Source: Candidatus Kapaibacterium sp.
GTDB taxonomy: Bacteria > Bacteroidota > Ignavibacteria > Kapaibacteriales > UBA2268
Assembly (NCBI GenBank): GCA_963664875.1
Contig: OY761611.1
Coordinates: 2,080,001 to 2,144,000 of the forward strand
Length of the DNA stretch: 64,000 nt
Direction of reading: 5' to 3'
Shown here: piece after piece, positions 10,411 through 20,358 of the stretch
Layout: every line of letters begins with the position of its first letter
Numbering within the stretch: position 1 is the first letter of the stretch
The notes under the pieces: generated by a model
What the model saw: the letters and a program-made list of their open reading frames with translations, nothing else
What the model was told of the DNA's origin: nothing
Database searches by the model: none
Made by a program: the position numbers and the translations under genes

Positions 10411-11387
10411 TACTTAATTCCCTCTTCATCCATTATCTCTATAACTTTCTCCATTCTATGCTTTAATCCACTCTCGATACCTAAAAATAATAAACCTACT
10501 CGTTTTAAGAATAAAGCTCCCCAAGAAGTAGATGCTTCAAGGTATATTTTGTCCCCTTCTGCACTTTGATTAATTAAACTTTGTGCCACATCAACAAATT
10601 CACCTTCAACAATATAAGCTTTGATATTTGGTTTGGTGATTGCTGATACATTCTCTTTATAAACTTTAGCTAGTGAAGCTGCATTAAAAGTCACAGCATC
10701 AAATCCAGTTGAGTAACTATTTGCTGAAGCTAAAGCACCTCCCAATGAATGACCAACAAATGTTAAATCGACTGATTCTCCCATTTTAGTTTTCATTATT
10801 TGTGAGTTTTTTATTGAACGAACAAATTGATCATCTTTTTTTCCTAATACATTTTTTGCATCTGTTTTGCAATCTTCCCAATCATCAGTTCCTGCTGTAA
10901 CATATGCATATTCGTATACTCTTTTGCCATCTTTTTCTCCAATTTGGCGCCTATAAATAGCAGAATTAAAACCAGTCTTACTATCAGTTAATACTATGTT
11001 TTTATCAATATCATCATAATCATTATAAAGTCGCCAACCATTCAAATCATCTCTTGCTTCTCTTTTACCTTTTTCATCGTGAATATAGTACCCATTTTCA
11101 GTATTATATACATCCGCTGCCATCGCAGCTGCTTCTCGATCAGTGGGCTTATCTCCTAACGGATCTATTATTTTAATTGGATTCAGCAAAAATGTAGAAT
11201 ACCTACTTTGCCCATACATATCCACAGGATCCTGATTCCACCTTCTGGCAGTTCTGTTGTCATACATCCAAAACATTGCATGATAGCTATTCCCAACACC
11301 GGCAATCTCATCTTCCCTTTCCATACCATTGAATCCGAAACGAGCTAATGCGCTGCCATCCTGATAGTAGTTATCCGGCACTAACAT
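10410..11387 (-). CDS. Orphan Rhs core + lipase (alpha/beta hydrolase, DUF2974/Tle-like) toxin
   Basis: AGTDD, GHSLGG nucleophile elbow, TFNAA, terminal H. Confidence 0.85.
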   Translation of the reverse strand: MLVPDNYYQDGSALARFGFNGMEREDEIAGVGNSYHAMFWMYDNRTARRWNQDPVDMYGQSRYSTFLLNPIKIIDPLGDKPTDREAAAMAADVYNTENGYYIHDEKGKREARDDLNGWRLYNDYDDIDKNIVLTDSKTGFNSAIYRRQIGEKDGKRVYEYAYVTAGTDDWEDCKTDAKNVLGKKDDQFVRSIKNSQIMKTKMGESVDLTFVGHSLGGALASANSYSTGFDAVTFNAASLAKVYKENVSAITKPNIKAYIVEGEFVDVAQSLINQSAEGDKIYLEASTSWGALFLKRVGLLFLGIESGLKHRMEKVIEIMDEEGIK

Positions 11388-11596
11388 ACCAAAGGGACGC
11401 GTCCCAAGGGATAATAATCATTTCTTGAAAGAACTTTTAGACTCGGCAGACTATAGTTTTCTCTATATTTATAATCTGCAAAAGTTAGTCGCACATTGCC
11501 AAGGTGGTCAGTTAGTTTGTATTGTTTGTGACCGATTTGGCGACACGAATCATGAATCTCCTCCTCAGAACGTCAACAAAGAAACGTAAATACAAT

Positions 11597-12025
11597 TCAA
11601 ATATCTACATCTTTGTTAACAACATGTTTATGAACAGAGTACAAATCAAATACCAATACTGCCGTATTTATTGTAAATAAAGGTAGATACAATGCAAGCA
11701 ATAGCTTATAGTTATTTGAAACAATGTCAATTCCTAGACATACTTTCCATATAAGTATACTCATGGTTATATATAAGATCACCAATACAGTGCTCTTGCG
11801 TAGAGAAAAACTTTGCTGTTTCCTCAACAAATATCCATATGTTAACATATAAATACTGATAGGCAAAAACAATACGTTGCCTCTACTCTGATTGAAGATT
11901 ATTCCACAGATGAAGCCAGTCAATATTCCCAAAAAAGTTCCTAATACTGGTATAAATATAATATTTAATATAAATTGTTTAAAGATCTTTCTCTTTAGTT
12001 TCTTCATTAGTATTTTTTTCATCAT
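11597..12025 (-). CDS. Putative integral-membrane immunity protein
   Basis: Four hydrophobic segments; overlaps the toxin end. Confidence 0.6.
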   Translation of the reverse strand: MMKKILMKKLKRKIFKQFILNIIFIPVLGTFLGILTGFICGIIFNQSRGNVLFLPISIYMLTYGYLLRKQQSFSLRKSTVLVILYITMSILIWKVCLGIDIVSNNYKLLLALYLPLFTINTAVLVFDLYSVHKHVVNKDVDI

Positions 12026-13637
12026 TCTGGCCTTCAGTATTTTCTTTTATAATAGATACAGTATGTTTTTCAGCTACTGTTTTAGCTGCTTCAAATAATG
12101 TATTTTCAGTTCCTTCAATAACTTTGGAACCTTGAACTGAGTCATCACTATCCTTATTCATATTGTAATGTGAGTTTGGATCAGACTTCCAAGGGCCATC
12201 ACCAAACTTAAAATCAAACCATGTTTCATTGTTGTCATTGTCCCAAAAACCTGTTCTTAATCCATTTCTCTCCATAAAATTTTGTGCATCTTCATCAAGT
12301 TCAGTATAAATTGGTATCGTTTCAATATCAAATTCTTCCATTTTACCGCCTCTTGATTTGTAGAATTGAATATAAAGTTCAATGTAATTGGAATGCGCAT
12401 AGAAGTCTTGCACATTATGAAAATAGTGCCCTAATATGGTAGGTGAAATAAGATTAGAATTAATGGTCTTAAAAGCACTTTTGATTCTTGTATTTATTTC
12501 ATTAAATCGTTTGTCAATTTGATTCTTATTCTGCATGTTATCAAAATGATATTCTGACATTGAACCATAAATATCGATATTCATACTTCCTGATATTATG
12601 TCATAAATCTTAATACCTGAAATACCTAACGAATTAGTCGCTGCACCTGTAATTTTGCCGTGGATTGGAATTTTAAAATCTCCATTAGGATCAATATTAA
12701 TAATAGGATTACACATAAAGACAGAATATCTACTTTGATTATAGCTTTCCACCGGATCCTGATTACACCTTCTACCTATTCTCGAATCATACATCCAAAA
12801 CATCGCATGATAGCTATTCCCAACACCTGCTATTTCATCATCACGTTCCATACCATTGAATCCGAAACGAGCCAATGTGCTGCCATCCTGATAGTAGTTA
12901 TTCGGCACTAACATCCCAAAGGGATAATAATCATTTTTTGAAAGAACTTTTAGACGTGGCAGACTATAGCTATCTCTATATTTATAATCTGCAAAAGTTA
13001 AACGCACATTGCCAAGGTGGTCAGTTAGCTCGTATTGTTTGTGACCGATTTGGCGAATTGAGTGATAAACTTTTGAGTCAGGATCTCCCAGTCCGCTGAT
13101 TTCGCTCCCTTCGTCAGGGAAGGTATTAGGTCTTACCGCAGGGAATTCGCCCAAGTTGTAAGGCTCAACCACTGCCACACGCCCGTCGCCACCCGAACCA
13201 TAGAGATACCAAGCGTCATGTGTAAATTTAATAAAATCAGTTGTGTTGTTATAATCCGTAAAGCTTGCAAGCATCAAATTATTAGCATCATAGAAGTAAA
13301 GCTTAGCATACAAACCAAAATGCTTCATAGCCTTCAGCCAAGTCGGATTATTAATAGGGTCAGGATATTCATCTGCCAATTTGTTATAAAGCGATTGGGA
13401 TTTGACACTATTAAAAATTCGATTGCCGGCAGCATCATAAAAGTTGATAATTGTGAGATTATAAGTCCCAAAAAGATCCGGATTATTATCAAAAGTATTA
13501 TTATCATCAACAGTAAAAGATACAAAAACTGTATCAATTTTCCCATTAACATTCCAGCTAATATTTTTGTCGGAATTTACAGAAGTTAGATTGCCTTCGT
13601 GGTCGTAGGAGTGCAGAACTTGATAAACCGAGATTTG
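11979..13637 (-). pseudogene. 5'-truncated Rhs protein with a Het-C/Zn-phospholipase-C-like toxin tip
   Basis: Frame stays open to 13637 with YD repeats (YDHEGNL, YDAAGNRI) but has no proper start; tip motifs H..IT, HFDN, LGHYFHNVQDFYAHSNY. Confidence 0.75.
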
Positions 13638-13651
13638 TCATTAGAAAAAAG
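13628..13651. mobile_element. Solo IS1380-like terminal inverted repeat
   Basis: ccgagatttgtcattagaaaaaag resembles the IS1380 ends in this window (cccaaatttgtcattagaaa; gtcattagaaaaaag); it coincides with the Rhs truncation point. Confidence 0.55.
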
Positions 13652-13765
13652 CAAACTCAATCTATCGTCTTATTTTATATTGAGTTATGACATTAAAAAG
13701 GTTGTCAAATGAGTAAGATTGGCTTACCATTTTTAGGTAAGTTTATAATCATAAAGCGTCAACTA

Positions 13766-14340
13766 CACTTCGGCAAGCTCAGTGCATCGCCCTGCCCTTC
13801 GGGCACCCCTTTACTTCACTTCGGCGCTGCTCAGTGTAAACTTAAGCTCAGCACGACGCTTCCCAAGAAGGGGAGTCAAAATTCCCCTCTTTGCAAACAG
13901 GGGTGGCACGTCGAAGACGTGACGGGGTGTTCAAATGTAGCAGACACTTATGTATAGAATCTACTATTGTTTTATTTTCTTAAGACATTTTCCATCTAAC
14001 TAATTGTAAGAAAGTAGTTGTTAGGATGAAAGACAACTATATGAATACATATTTGTTATTTTAAACCGTATTGAGTTTATTAGTTAACATTGTAGTCGAA
14101 TAATGTAGGTTGATATGAATATATTTTCAGCCTGAAAGGCTGATAGATAATAGCCCATGGCAGCGCCATGGGACGGTTGCAACTATTGAGTAAACAGAGC
14201 CCTGTAAGGGCGGCAAGACTTTTCTTTACAGGTGATATAAATAAGAGATTGGTGTTACTTTTTCCATTTCTTTTTCTTTTTTTTGCGATAAAAAAGAAAA
14301 AGAAACGGAAACCAAAGAAAAAGAAAAAAGAACGCTTTGT
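13766..14340. repeat. Cluster of REP-like GC-rich hairpin repeats
   Basis: cttcggcaagctcag, tgcccttcgggca, cagcctgaaaggctg, cccatggcagcgccatggg, gccctgtaagggc and a tttcttttt..aaagaaaaag block in otherwise AT-rich DNA. Confidence 0.6.
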
Positions 14341-14647
14341 CTCCTCTCCTCCTATAGTGTTTAAGCCTAAGATGCACATCTCATTAAGGAATTACTGAAA
14401 ACAAATTTCTTTATTATGGAGTGCTGATGCAATATATATAGGCAATACACGGACTGTTTACTATGATATTATATATTTTATTTCGACTAAATGATATTTA
14501 TTAAGAAACAAATAGGCAAACAGTTAGCTCCTTTTTGCCACAAACGCAAGTTTGTATTAGGGAGTTGGGCTAAAGACAGGCCATAAAAAAAGCCATTTCA
14601 TCTGAGAAATGGCTCATAGTATAAATATCGAAAGAAGTTTGTAATTG

Positions 14648-15403
14648 CTAAATCAGACCACGCTTTTGGAGCTGTTTGAAATTACGTAGAGTCTGCCCGG
14701 CGTCAATCGCTTCCAGCGCAGCTACAGAAAGTTTGTTTTCTACATTGCCGAAAGTCGTTTTGTAATCTTTACGACTATATCTGATAATCGCTTTAGCTTC
14801 ATCGGCACCATAAACCTGTGTAATTTCGCATTTGCTTTTTTGCCCCGGCATATCTTTGTATGTCAGAAAATAGTGTTTCAATCTTGAAACAATAGAATCA
14901 GGACAGTCGCTGATGTCGTTCCATTTCGAGTATATCTCATCCTGTTTCATAACAGCTATTATTTTGTCGTCCGCTTCGCCACCGTCAATCATCCTAAATC
15001 CGCCGATAGGTTTCGCCTGCACCAATATATCACCGTGAGTGATATTTCTTTCTGTGAGCACACAAATATCAAGCGGGTCGCCATCTCCCACGATATCCTC
15101 TCTACCTGTTTTTTTATTGCAGTATTCAGCTACTTTTTCACCACAAAAGGTTTGAGGGATAAACCCGTAAAGGGCAGGTACGATGTTGGAATACTTCTGA
15201 GGTCTATCCACCTTGAGGTATCCGGTTTTTTTATCAACTTCGTATTTGACAGTATCCGAAGGCACCACTTCTATAAAAGTAGTAACAACTTCAGGTGCAT
15301 CGTCACCGATTTCCACACCATGCCAAGGGTGCGATTTATAGCGTAGTCCGGCAAGTTGCCAAAACTGTTTTAGAGTATCCATATCAAAATCGTAATGTGT
15401 CAT
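14648..15403 (-). CDS. ppa: Inorganic pyrophosphatase (family I)
   Basis: HPWHG, KYEVDK, YGFIPQT, DGDPLDI and DGGEADDKIIAV motifs. Confidence 0.95.
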   Translation of the reverse strand: MTHYDFDMDTLKQFWQLAGLRYKSHPWHGVEIGDDAPEVVTTFIEVVPSDTVKYEVDKKTGYLKVDRPQKYSNIVPALYGFIPQTFCGEKVAEYCNKKTGREDIVGDGDPLDICVLTERNITHGDILVQAKPIGGFRMIDGGEADDKIIAVMKQDEIYSKWNDISDCPDSIVSRLKHYFLTYKDMPGQKSKCEITQVYGADEAKAIIRYSRKDYKTTFGNVENKLSVAALEAIDAGQTLRNFKQLQKRGLI

Positions 15404-15504
15404 AATGGTTTTACATCTTAAACGATTAGTACTTTATAAACTTGTATATATTCATATTTTTATTGAAATAAAAAGAGCAGAAAACATCCGACGATATCCC
15501 CTCT

Positions 15505-16758
15505 TTATCTGGCTATATTGTTTTTTTCAGAGATAAATGCTTCGAGTGCTTCAGGGAAAGGTTGCAGCACTCTCTCTATAACTCCGTGCATCAAAGAAAT
15601 AATCACACCGTAGTTAGTGATTGGCACTCCGTGTTCCTGAGCTTTAGAAATTCTATTTAGTTTTTCGTTTCTTGTAAGCATACACCCGCCGCAATGGATT
15701 ATAGCTCTATAATCTTTTATATTGTCGGGGTAATCTCGTCCTGCACTAATATCGAGCTGAACATCTCTACCCATAAATTCATTTAACCAGCGAGGAATTT
15801 TGACTCTTCCTATATCGTCCTGATTGGGGTGATGCGAGCAGGCTTCAGCAAGCAAAACTTTATCTTCAGGCTGCAAAGATGCGATAGCACCCACTCCGCG
15901 AGCCTCAGCAACCAAATCCCCTTTGAATCTTGAAAAGAGAATAGAAAAAGTAGTGCAAGGCACATCTTCTGGTGTGTCCCGAACCATAAGGTCAACCACC
16001 TGCGAATCGCAAACAACCAGATCAGGCTTACGCCCGAGTGCTGCAAGACTATCTTTGTAGTCAGTTTCCTTGACGACCACACAAAAAGAATCGTTATCTA
16101 AAATGTCTCTTATCGTTTGCACTTGCGGCAAAATAATTCTACCTTTAGGAGCTTCAGAGTCAATTGGGATAATTAGCACAACGAGCGAACCCTTGCGGAT
16201 AATATCTCCCAGCAAAGGTGGTTCGTGCAAAGCACTTTTTGGGGCAATCTGCAGGACATGTTGTTTGAATTGCTCAATATATCTGTCTCTGTTGAGCAAA
16301 TCAGTAGCCGAGCAGATAATAATATGTTTAGAGTAAGATTCTAATTCGAGTAAAAACGCATCAGAAGGCATTATCAAATCAGATTTTGTTACAGCAATAA
16401 CAAAAGGAATATTTTTTTTGTTTAAAGAATTACATATTTCAGTTTCAAAATCAGTCCATTTGTCAGCTTCAACGATTAGAACCGCAATGTCAGCTCTATC
16501 GAATATTTTTTTTGCTCTTTCGATTCTGTGCGACCCCAACTCAGAATCATCGTCCATTCCGGCAGTATCAAGGAAAACAACAGGGCCGACAGGGAGAAGC
16601 TCCATAGATTTTTCGACCACATCAGTAGTAGTGCCCGGAATAGGCGAGGTAAGAGCTACATCTTGATTTGCAATCATATTCAGAAAGCTGGATTTGCCGA
16701 CATTAGTCCTACCGAAAAGTCCGATTTGCAATCTAAGCGATTTGGGAGTATTTATCAT
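15505..16758 (-). CDS. hydF: [FeFe]-hydrogenase H-cluster maturation GTPase HydF
   Basis: GRTNVGKSS P-loop, DTAG, APKGRIILPQVQ, EACSHH, DIGRVKIP and HCGGCM motifs. Confidence 0.96.
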   Translation of the reverse strand: MINTPKSLRLQIGLFGRTNVGKSSFLNMIANQDVALTSPIPGTTTDVVEKSMELLPVGPVVFLDTAGMDDDSELGSHRIERAKKIFDRADIAVLIVEADKWTDFETEICNSLNKKNIPFVIAVTKSDLIMPSDAFLLELESYSKHIIICSATDLLNRDRYIEQFKQHVLQIAPKSALHEPPLLGDIIRKGSLVVLIIPIDSEAPKGRIILPQVQTIRDILDNDSFCVVVKETDYKDSLAALGRKPDLVVCDSQVVDLMVRDTPEDVPCTTFSILFSRFKGDLVAEARGVGAIASLQPEDKVLLAEACSHHPNQDDIGRVKIPRWLNEFMGRDVQLDISAGRDYPDNIKDYRAIIHCGGCMLTRNEKLNRISKAQEHGVPITNYGVIISLMHGVIERVLQPFPEALEAFISEKNNIAR

Positions 16759-16990
16759 AAGCGATAATCCTTAATAAAATCAAAACAATAGAGCAAAAGC
16801 AAAGCTGCACACCCAAAAGGGAGAAATGAAAATGCAACACCTTTGATTAACGAATATACAATAAAAATATTCGTTAAACCATAAACAAAACCGATATTTT
16901 GATACTGAAATAATAGGATATCTTCGAAGGAAGCAAAAAAGATTTGGATAAAAAGAAAAATCCACTTAAATTTGTATTCCTTTTTGAGGA

Positions 16991-17063
<73 letters not shown>

Positions 17064-17121
17064 CTGGAAGAAACTTATAAATCCTTATAGCTGATAAAGT
17101 TATAAGGATTTTTTGTTTGTA

Positions 17122-17142
17122 GTTGGGGCACAAGTTGGGGCA
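17122..17142. promoter_or_regulatory. Putative integrase arm-type sites (paired gttggggca)
   Basis: 12-bp-spaced repeats here and at 53129-53149 near the other att end. Confidence 0.65.
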
Positions 17143-17207
17143 ATCCGTGCAAAAAATGATAATTTCTGTTGATCTACAATCTGTTTTTTTGGGGAGGAAT
17201 TAATCCC

Positions 17208-17477
17208 CTAAAGTATCGATTTAATATAATCAATATTTTGATTTATCCTATCTAATTTTATAAGTAACTCTGAACGGGCTACTCTGAGTTCAGAGAGTTT
17301 TGCTTTTATTAAACCTCTCCTGCTTGCTTCAGTAATAGACTCAATGTATTTTTCTTCTTCGGCAGTATAAGATTTTCTACAAGTCATGCATTTATACCTC
17401 TCTTCCTGCCTTTTATTATATTCATGGAATTTTGCTTTATGGAAGCAATAGGGACATATCAATAGTGGATGTTGCAT
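17208..17477 (-). CDS. Small zinc-ribbon/coiled-coil protein (InsA-like ribbon)
   Basis: CPYC..RYKCMTC; divergent from the excisionase. Confidence 0.55.
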   Translation of the reverse strand: MQHPLLICPYCFHKAKFHEYNKRQEERYKCMTCRKSYTAEEEKYIESITEASRRGLIKAKLSELRVARSELLIKLDRINQNIDYIKSIL

Positions 17478-17556
17478 TGTGTATAGTAGGAAATAAGTGA
17501 AAATAACATCCTAAATGACGATATTAGGGTTTTGATATTGGATATATAACCTATAG

Positions 17557-17844
17557 TTGAACAATATAGGTTATGTTATGACAGAACTTATCGCTTTGAG
17601 CAAAGAAGAATTGGCAGAATTGATTGAGAAAAAAGTGCAAGAAGAAGTAGCTAAACAGCTAAGTATGATTTCAATAAGAGATGATGAAACACTCTTATCT
17701 ATTGCGGATGTATGTGATAAATATAAAATCAGCAGTACAAAGTTTTGGAGAATTCGTAGAGATCATAAGATACCTTTTCAATTGGTCGGTAAGAATCCTC
17801 TTTTCAAAATTCAAGACTTAGAAGAATTCTTCCATATTCCATAA
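17557..17844 (+). CDS. Excisionase-like helix-turn-helix protein
   Basis: LSKEELAELIE..LLSIADVCDKYKIS..IPF..VGKNPLFKIQDLEEF; typical of integrative elements. Confidence 0.8.
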   Translation: MNNIGYVMTELIALSKEELAELIEKKVQEEVAKQLSMISIRDDETLLSIADVCDKYKISSTKFWRIRRDHKIPFQLVGKNPLFKIQDLEEFFHIP

Positions 17845-17855
17845 TTCAAATCTTG

Positions 17856-17885
17856 AGCTCCTGCATATGATGCAGGGGCTTTTTT
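17856..17885 (+). terminator. Rho-independent terminator
   Basis: agctcctgcat-atg-atgcaggggct followed by a T-run. Confidence 0.7.
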
Positions 17886-18102
17886 ATAAATACAAAAAGT
17901 GATTTGCATACTGTAAACAGAAATACTTCTTTTTTCATGTCGATCTAAACAAAACAATAATAATTTCTATGTTTATTTAATAAGTATATTTTATGAATTG
18001 TCCTGAATTATCCATATATTGTTTGTTTGTGTATGATATCCTAATCCATTAGGAATGGGTGTCTTTCTTTGGTAAGTAAGTAGATAATTAGGAATATTGA
18101 GG

Positions 18103-20178
18103 ATGACCCCAAATCAATATGCAGATTTTATATGGAATATTAAAGAATACCTTAGAGATGATTATTCGGAGAAAGAATACGAAGAGGTAATCCTTCCATT
18201 TACACTGCTCAGAAGAATAGATTGCGTGCTTGAAGGTACACATAGCAAAGTAGTTGAAAGTTTAAATAAATATAAAAAACTTCCTGCTGGTACCTTGCAG
18301 GGCTTGCTAAGAAAAGCAGCAGGGCATAATTTTTATAATACTTCTCCTTTTACCCTATCTACATTATTGAACGACCCAAACGGTTTAAAGGAAAATATCA
18401 ACAACTACTTAAATGGTTTTAGTGAGAATATAAAGGATATTCTATACAACTTTTCAGGTGGTAAAGAAAAGGGACTTTCTCCGATTTATGAAACTCTCGA
18501 CCGTAAAAATTTGCTTTTTTATATTCTGAGAGCTTTCACAGAAGTTGATTTACATCCAAATGTAGTGAGCAATCATAACATGGGAACGATATTTGAAACC
18601 TTAATTAGGAAGTCTAAAGAATCTACTAATGAAAAAGCAGGACAGTATTACACACCACGTGAAATTGTAAAGTTAATGGTAAATGTTCTTTTTGCCGACC
18701 AAAAAGAGAAACTATCACAATCGGGTGCTGCATGTATGATTTATGATCCTGCTTGTGGTACTGGTGGTATGTTAACTACTGCTAAAGACCATCTAAAAGA
18801 AACTATTAATCCGAATCTTGATGTTTATCTTTTTGGGCAAGAGTTAAAAGAGCAGACTTATGCCATTTGCAAAGCTGATATTCTTATCAAGAGCAGTGAA
18901 GAGAAAAATGATGATTCCGAGAATATCAAACAAGGTAATACCATATCTGAAGATAAGCTACAGGGCAAACGTTTTCACTATATGCTGACGAATCCTCCGT
19001 TTGGTGAAGATTGGAAAAAGATTGCAGACTTTGTAGAAAAGGAAGAAGCTCTTGGTTCACAAGGTAGATTTGAAGCTGGCACTCCTGATAAAAGTGACGG
19101 CTCCTTACTCTTTTTACAGCATATGATTTCTAAGATGGAAACCAAAGCCAAAATAGGAATTGTATTCAACGGTTCCCCACTATTTAATGGAGATGCAGGG
19201 TCAGGTCCTTCTAATATCAGGAAATGGATTATAGAAAATGACTTATTAGATTGTATAATAGCCCTTCCTAAAGATTTGTTTTATGGTACAGGTATCGGTA
19301 CTTATATATGGATTTTATCTAATTTTAAGCCAAGTGACAGAGAAAATAAAATTCAACTAATTAATGCAACTTCCGATAGACATTATACTCCACTACGCCG
19401 AAGTCTTGGAAAGAAAATGGTAGAAATTTCAGAAAATCAAATAGAAGATATAACTAATCTTTATACTGATTTTAAAGAAGTTGACAAAGTTGTTAAAATT
19501 TTTGATGATATTGATTTTGGATACACGAAGGTAGTTGTTGAAAGACCTCTTCGATTGAAATATGCAATAACAGTCGACAAAATTCAAACATTTAAAGAAC
19601 AAAAATCATTTATCAGTCTTGCTGAATCTAATAAGAAAGATTCTGAGAAAGCAAAGATTGAAATTGAAAACGGCAAGAAGAAACAGAAAGAATACATTGA
19701 TGCTCTTCTTGCTATAAAAGAACTTAATAAAGAAATCAATGATAGAGAGTTCTTTACTGAACTTGACAAGAGCTTATCGTATAAGATACCAAAGGGTTGG
19801 ATTAAAACAATGAGAAGTATTTTCGGAGACAAAGACGAAAGTGCTGATAAAGTTTTACTTGATCCGTTTGCTAAAAAGATTCCTTCTTTAGAAGAGATGG
19901 ATTCCAATCCAAGTAAATATTACGAAGTTGATACCGACTTAAGAGACTCTGAAAGTATTCCATTAAAGCAGAATATAGAAGAATACTTCAAAAAAGAAGT
20001 TTTGCCTTTTGCTCCTGATGCTTGGATGGATAGAGATAAAGATAAGATTGGTTATACTATAAGCTTTACTAAATACTTCTATGAATATAAGCCTTTGAGA
20101 AATTTAGAAGATATTATGTCGGAATTTAAAGCACTTGATGACGAAACGGAAGAAATGATTAAACAAATAGAAGATTAG
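18103..20178 (+). CDS. hsdM: Type I R-M methyltransferase subunit
   Basis: GQYYTPRE, YDPACGTGG, NPPFG and LFNGDAGSG motifs. Confidence 0.95.
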   Translation: MTPNQYADFIWNIKEYLRDDYSEKEYEEVILPFTLLRRIDCVLEGTHSKVVESLNKYKKLPAGTLQGLLRKAAGHNFYNTSPFTLSTLLNDPNGLKENINNYLNGFSENIKDILYNFSGGKEKGLSPIYETLDRKNLLFYILRAFTEVDLHPNVVSNHNMGTIFETLIRKSKESTNEKAGQYYTPREIVKLMVNVLFADQKEKLSQSGAACMIYDPACGTGGMLTTAKDHLKETINPNLDVYLFGQELKEQTYAICKADILIKSSEEKNDDSENIKQGNTISEDKLQGKRFHYMLTNPPFGEDWKKIADFVEKEEALGSQGRFEAGTPDKSDGSLLFLQHMISKMETKAKIGIVFNGSPLFNGDAGSGPSNIRKWIIENDLLDCIIALPKDLFYGTGIGTYIWILSNFKPSDRENKIQLINATSDRHYTPLRRSLGKKMVEISENQIEDITNLYTDFKEVDKVVKIFDDIDFGYTKVVVERPLRLKYAITVDKIQTFKEQKSFISLAESNKKDSEKAKIEIENGKKKQKEYIDALLAIKELNKEINDREFFTELDKSLSYKIPKGWIKTMRSIFGDKDESADKVLLDPFAKKIPSLEEMDSNPSKYYEVDTDLRDSESIPLKQNIEEYFKKEVLPFAPDAWMDRDKDKIGYTISFTKYFYEYKPLRNLEDIMSEFKALDDETEEMIKQIED

Positions 20179-20299
20179 ATTGGATGCAGATAACTTATTT
20201 ATATAGCAATGTGTTTTTATATCCTAAACAAATATTTTTTATTTTGTTTTTGAAATTAATTTTTGTTTCTAAAAAAGTTTTGTACATTTGTTCAACAGT

Positions 20300-20340
20300 A
20301 GTCGCCACGCTTCCCGTTAGATCAGCGCATTATGGCGGCT
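20300..20340 (+). ncRNA. abiF-motif-like structured RNA (probable RNA antitoxin/leader)
   Basis: Outer stem agtcgcca/tggcggct, inner stem cgct/agcg, 18 nt before the abiF ATG; TAcaTTTG promoter-like box at 20283-20290. Confidence 0.65.
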
Positions 20341-20358
20341 CTTTTCATTTTATGCCCA

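Larger units (their letters stand above)
1690..13055 (-). repeat. Eight copies of an Rhs-core homology repeat (~200-300 bp)
   Basis: Near-identical QYELTDHLGNVRLTFADYKYRENYSLPRLKVLS..DYYPFGMLVP coding blocks at about 1690-1885, 3280-3497, 5050-5282, 6700-6935, 8916-9120, 9338-9557, 11290-11542 and 12810-13055. Confidence 0.95.

Noticed and set aside
1690-13055. Repeat array as CRISPR, DGR or integron
   Set aside because: Repeats are 200-300 bp of coding sequence separated by gene pairs; no cas genes, reverse transcriptase or integron integrase in the window
1695-13099. Recurrent plus-strand ORFs beginning MCCHPDSS
   Set aside because: Antisense translations of the repeated Rhs core; their similarity comes from the repeat itself
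13709-14398. Short ORFs 13709-13957, 14080-14379 and 14168-14398
   Set aside because: They run through REP-like hairpins and poly-F/poly-K low-complexity DNA
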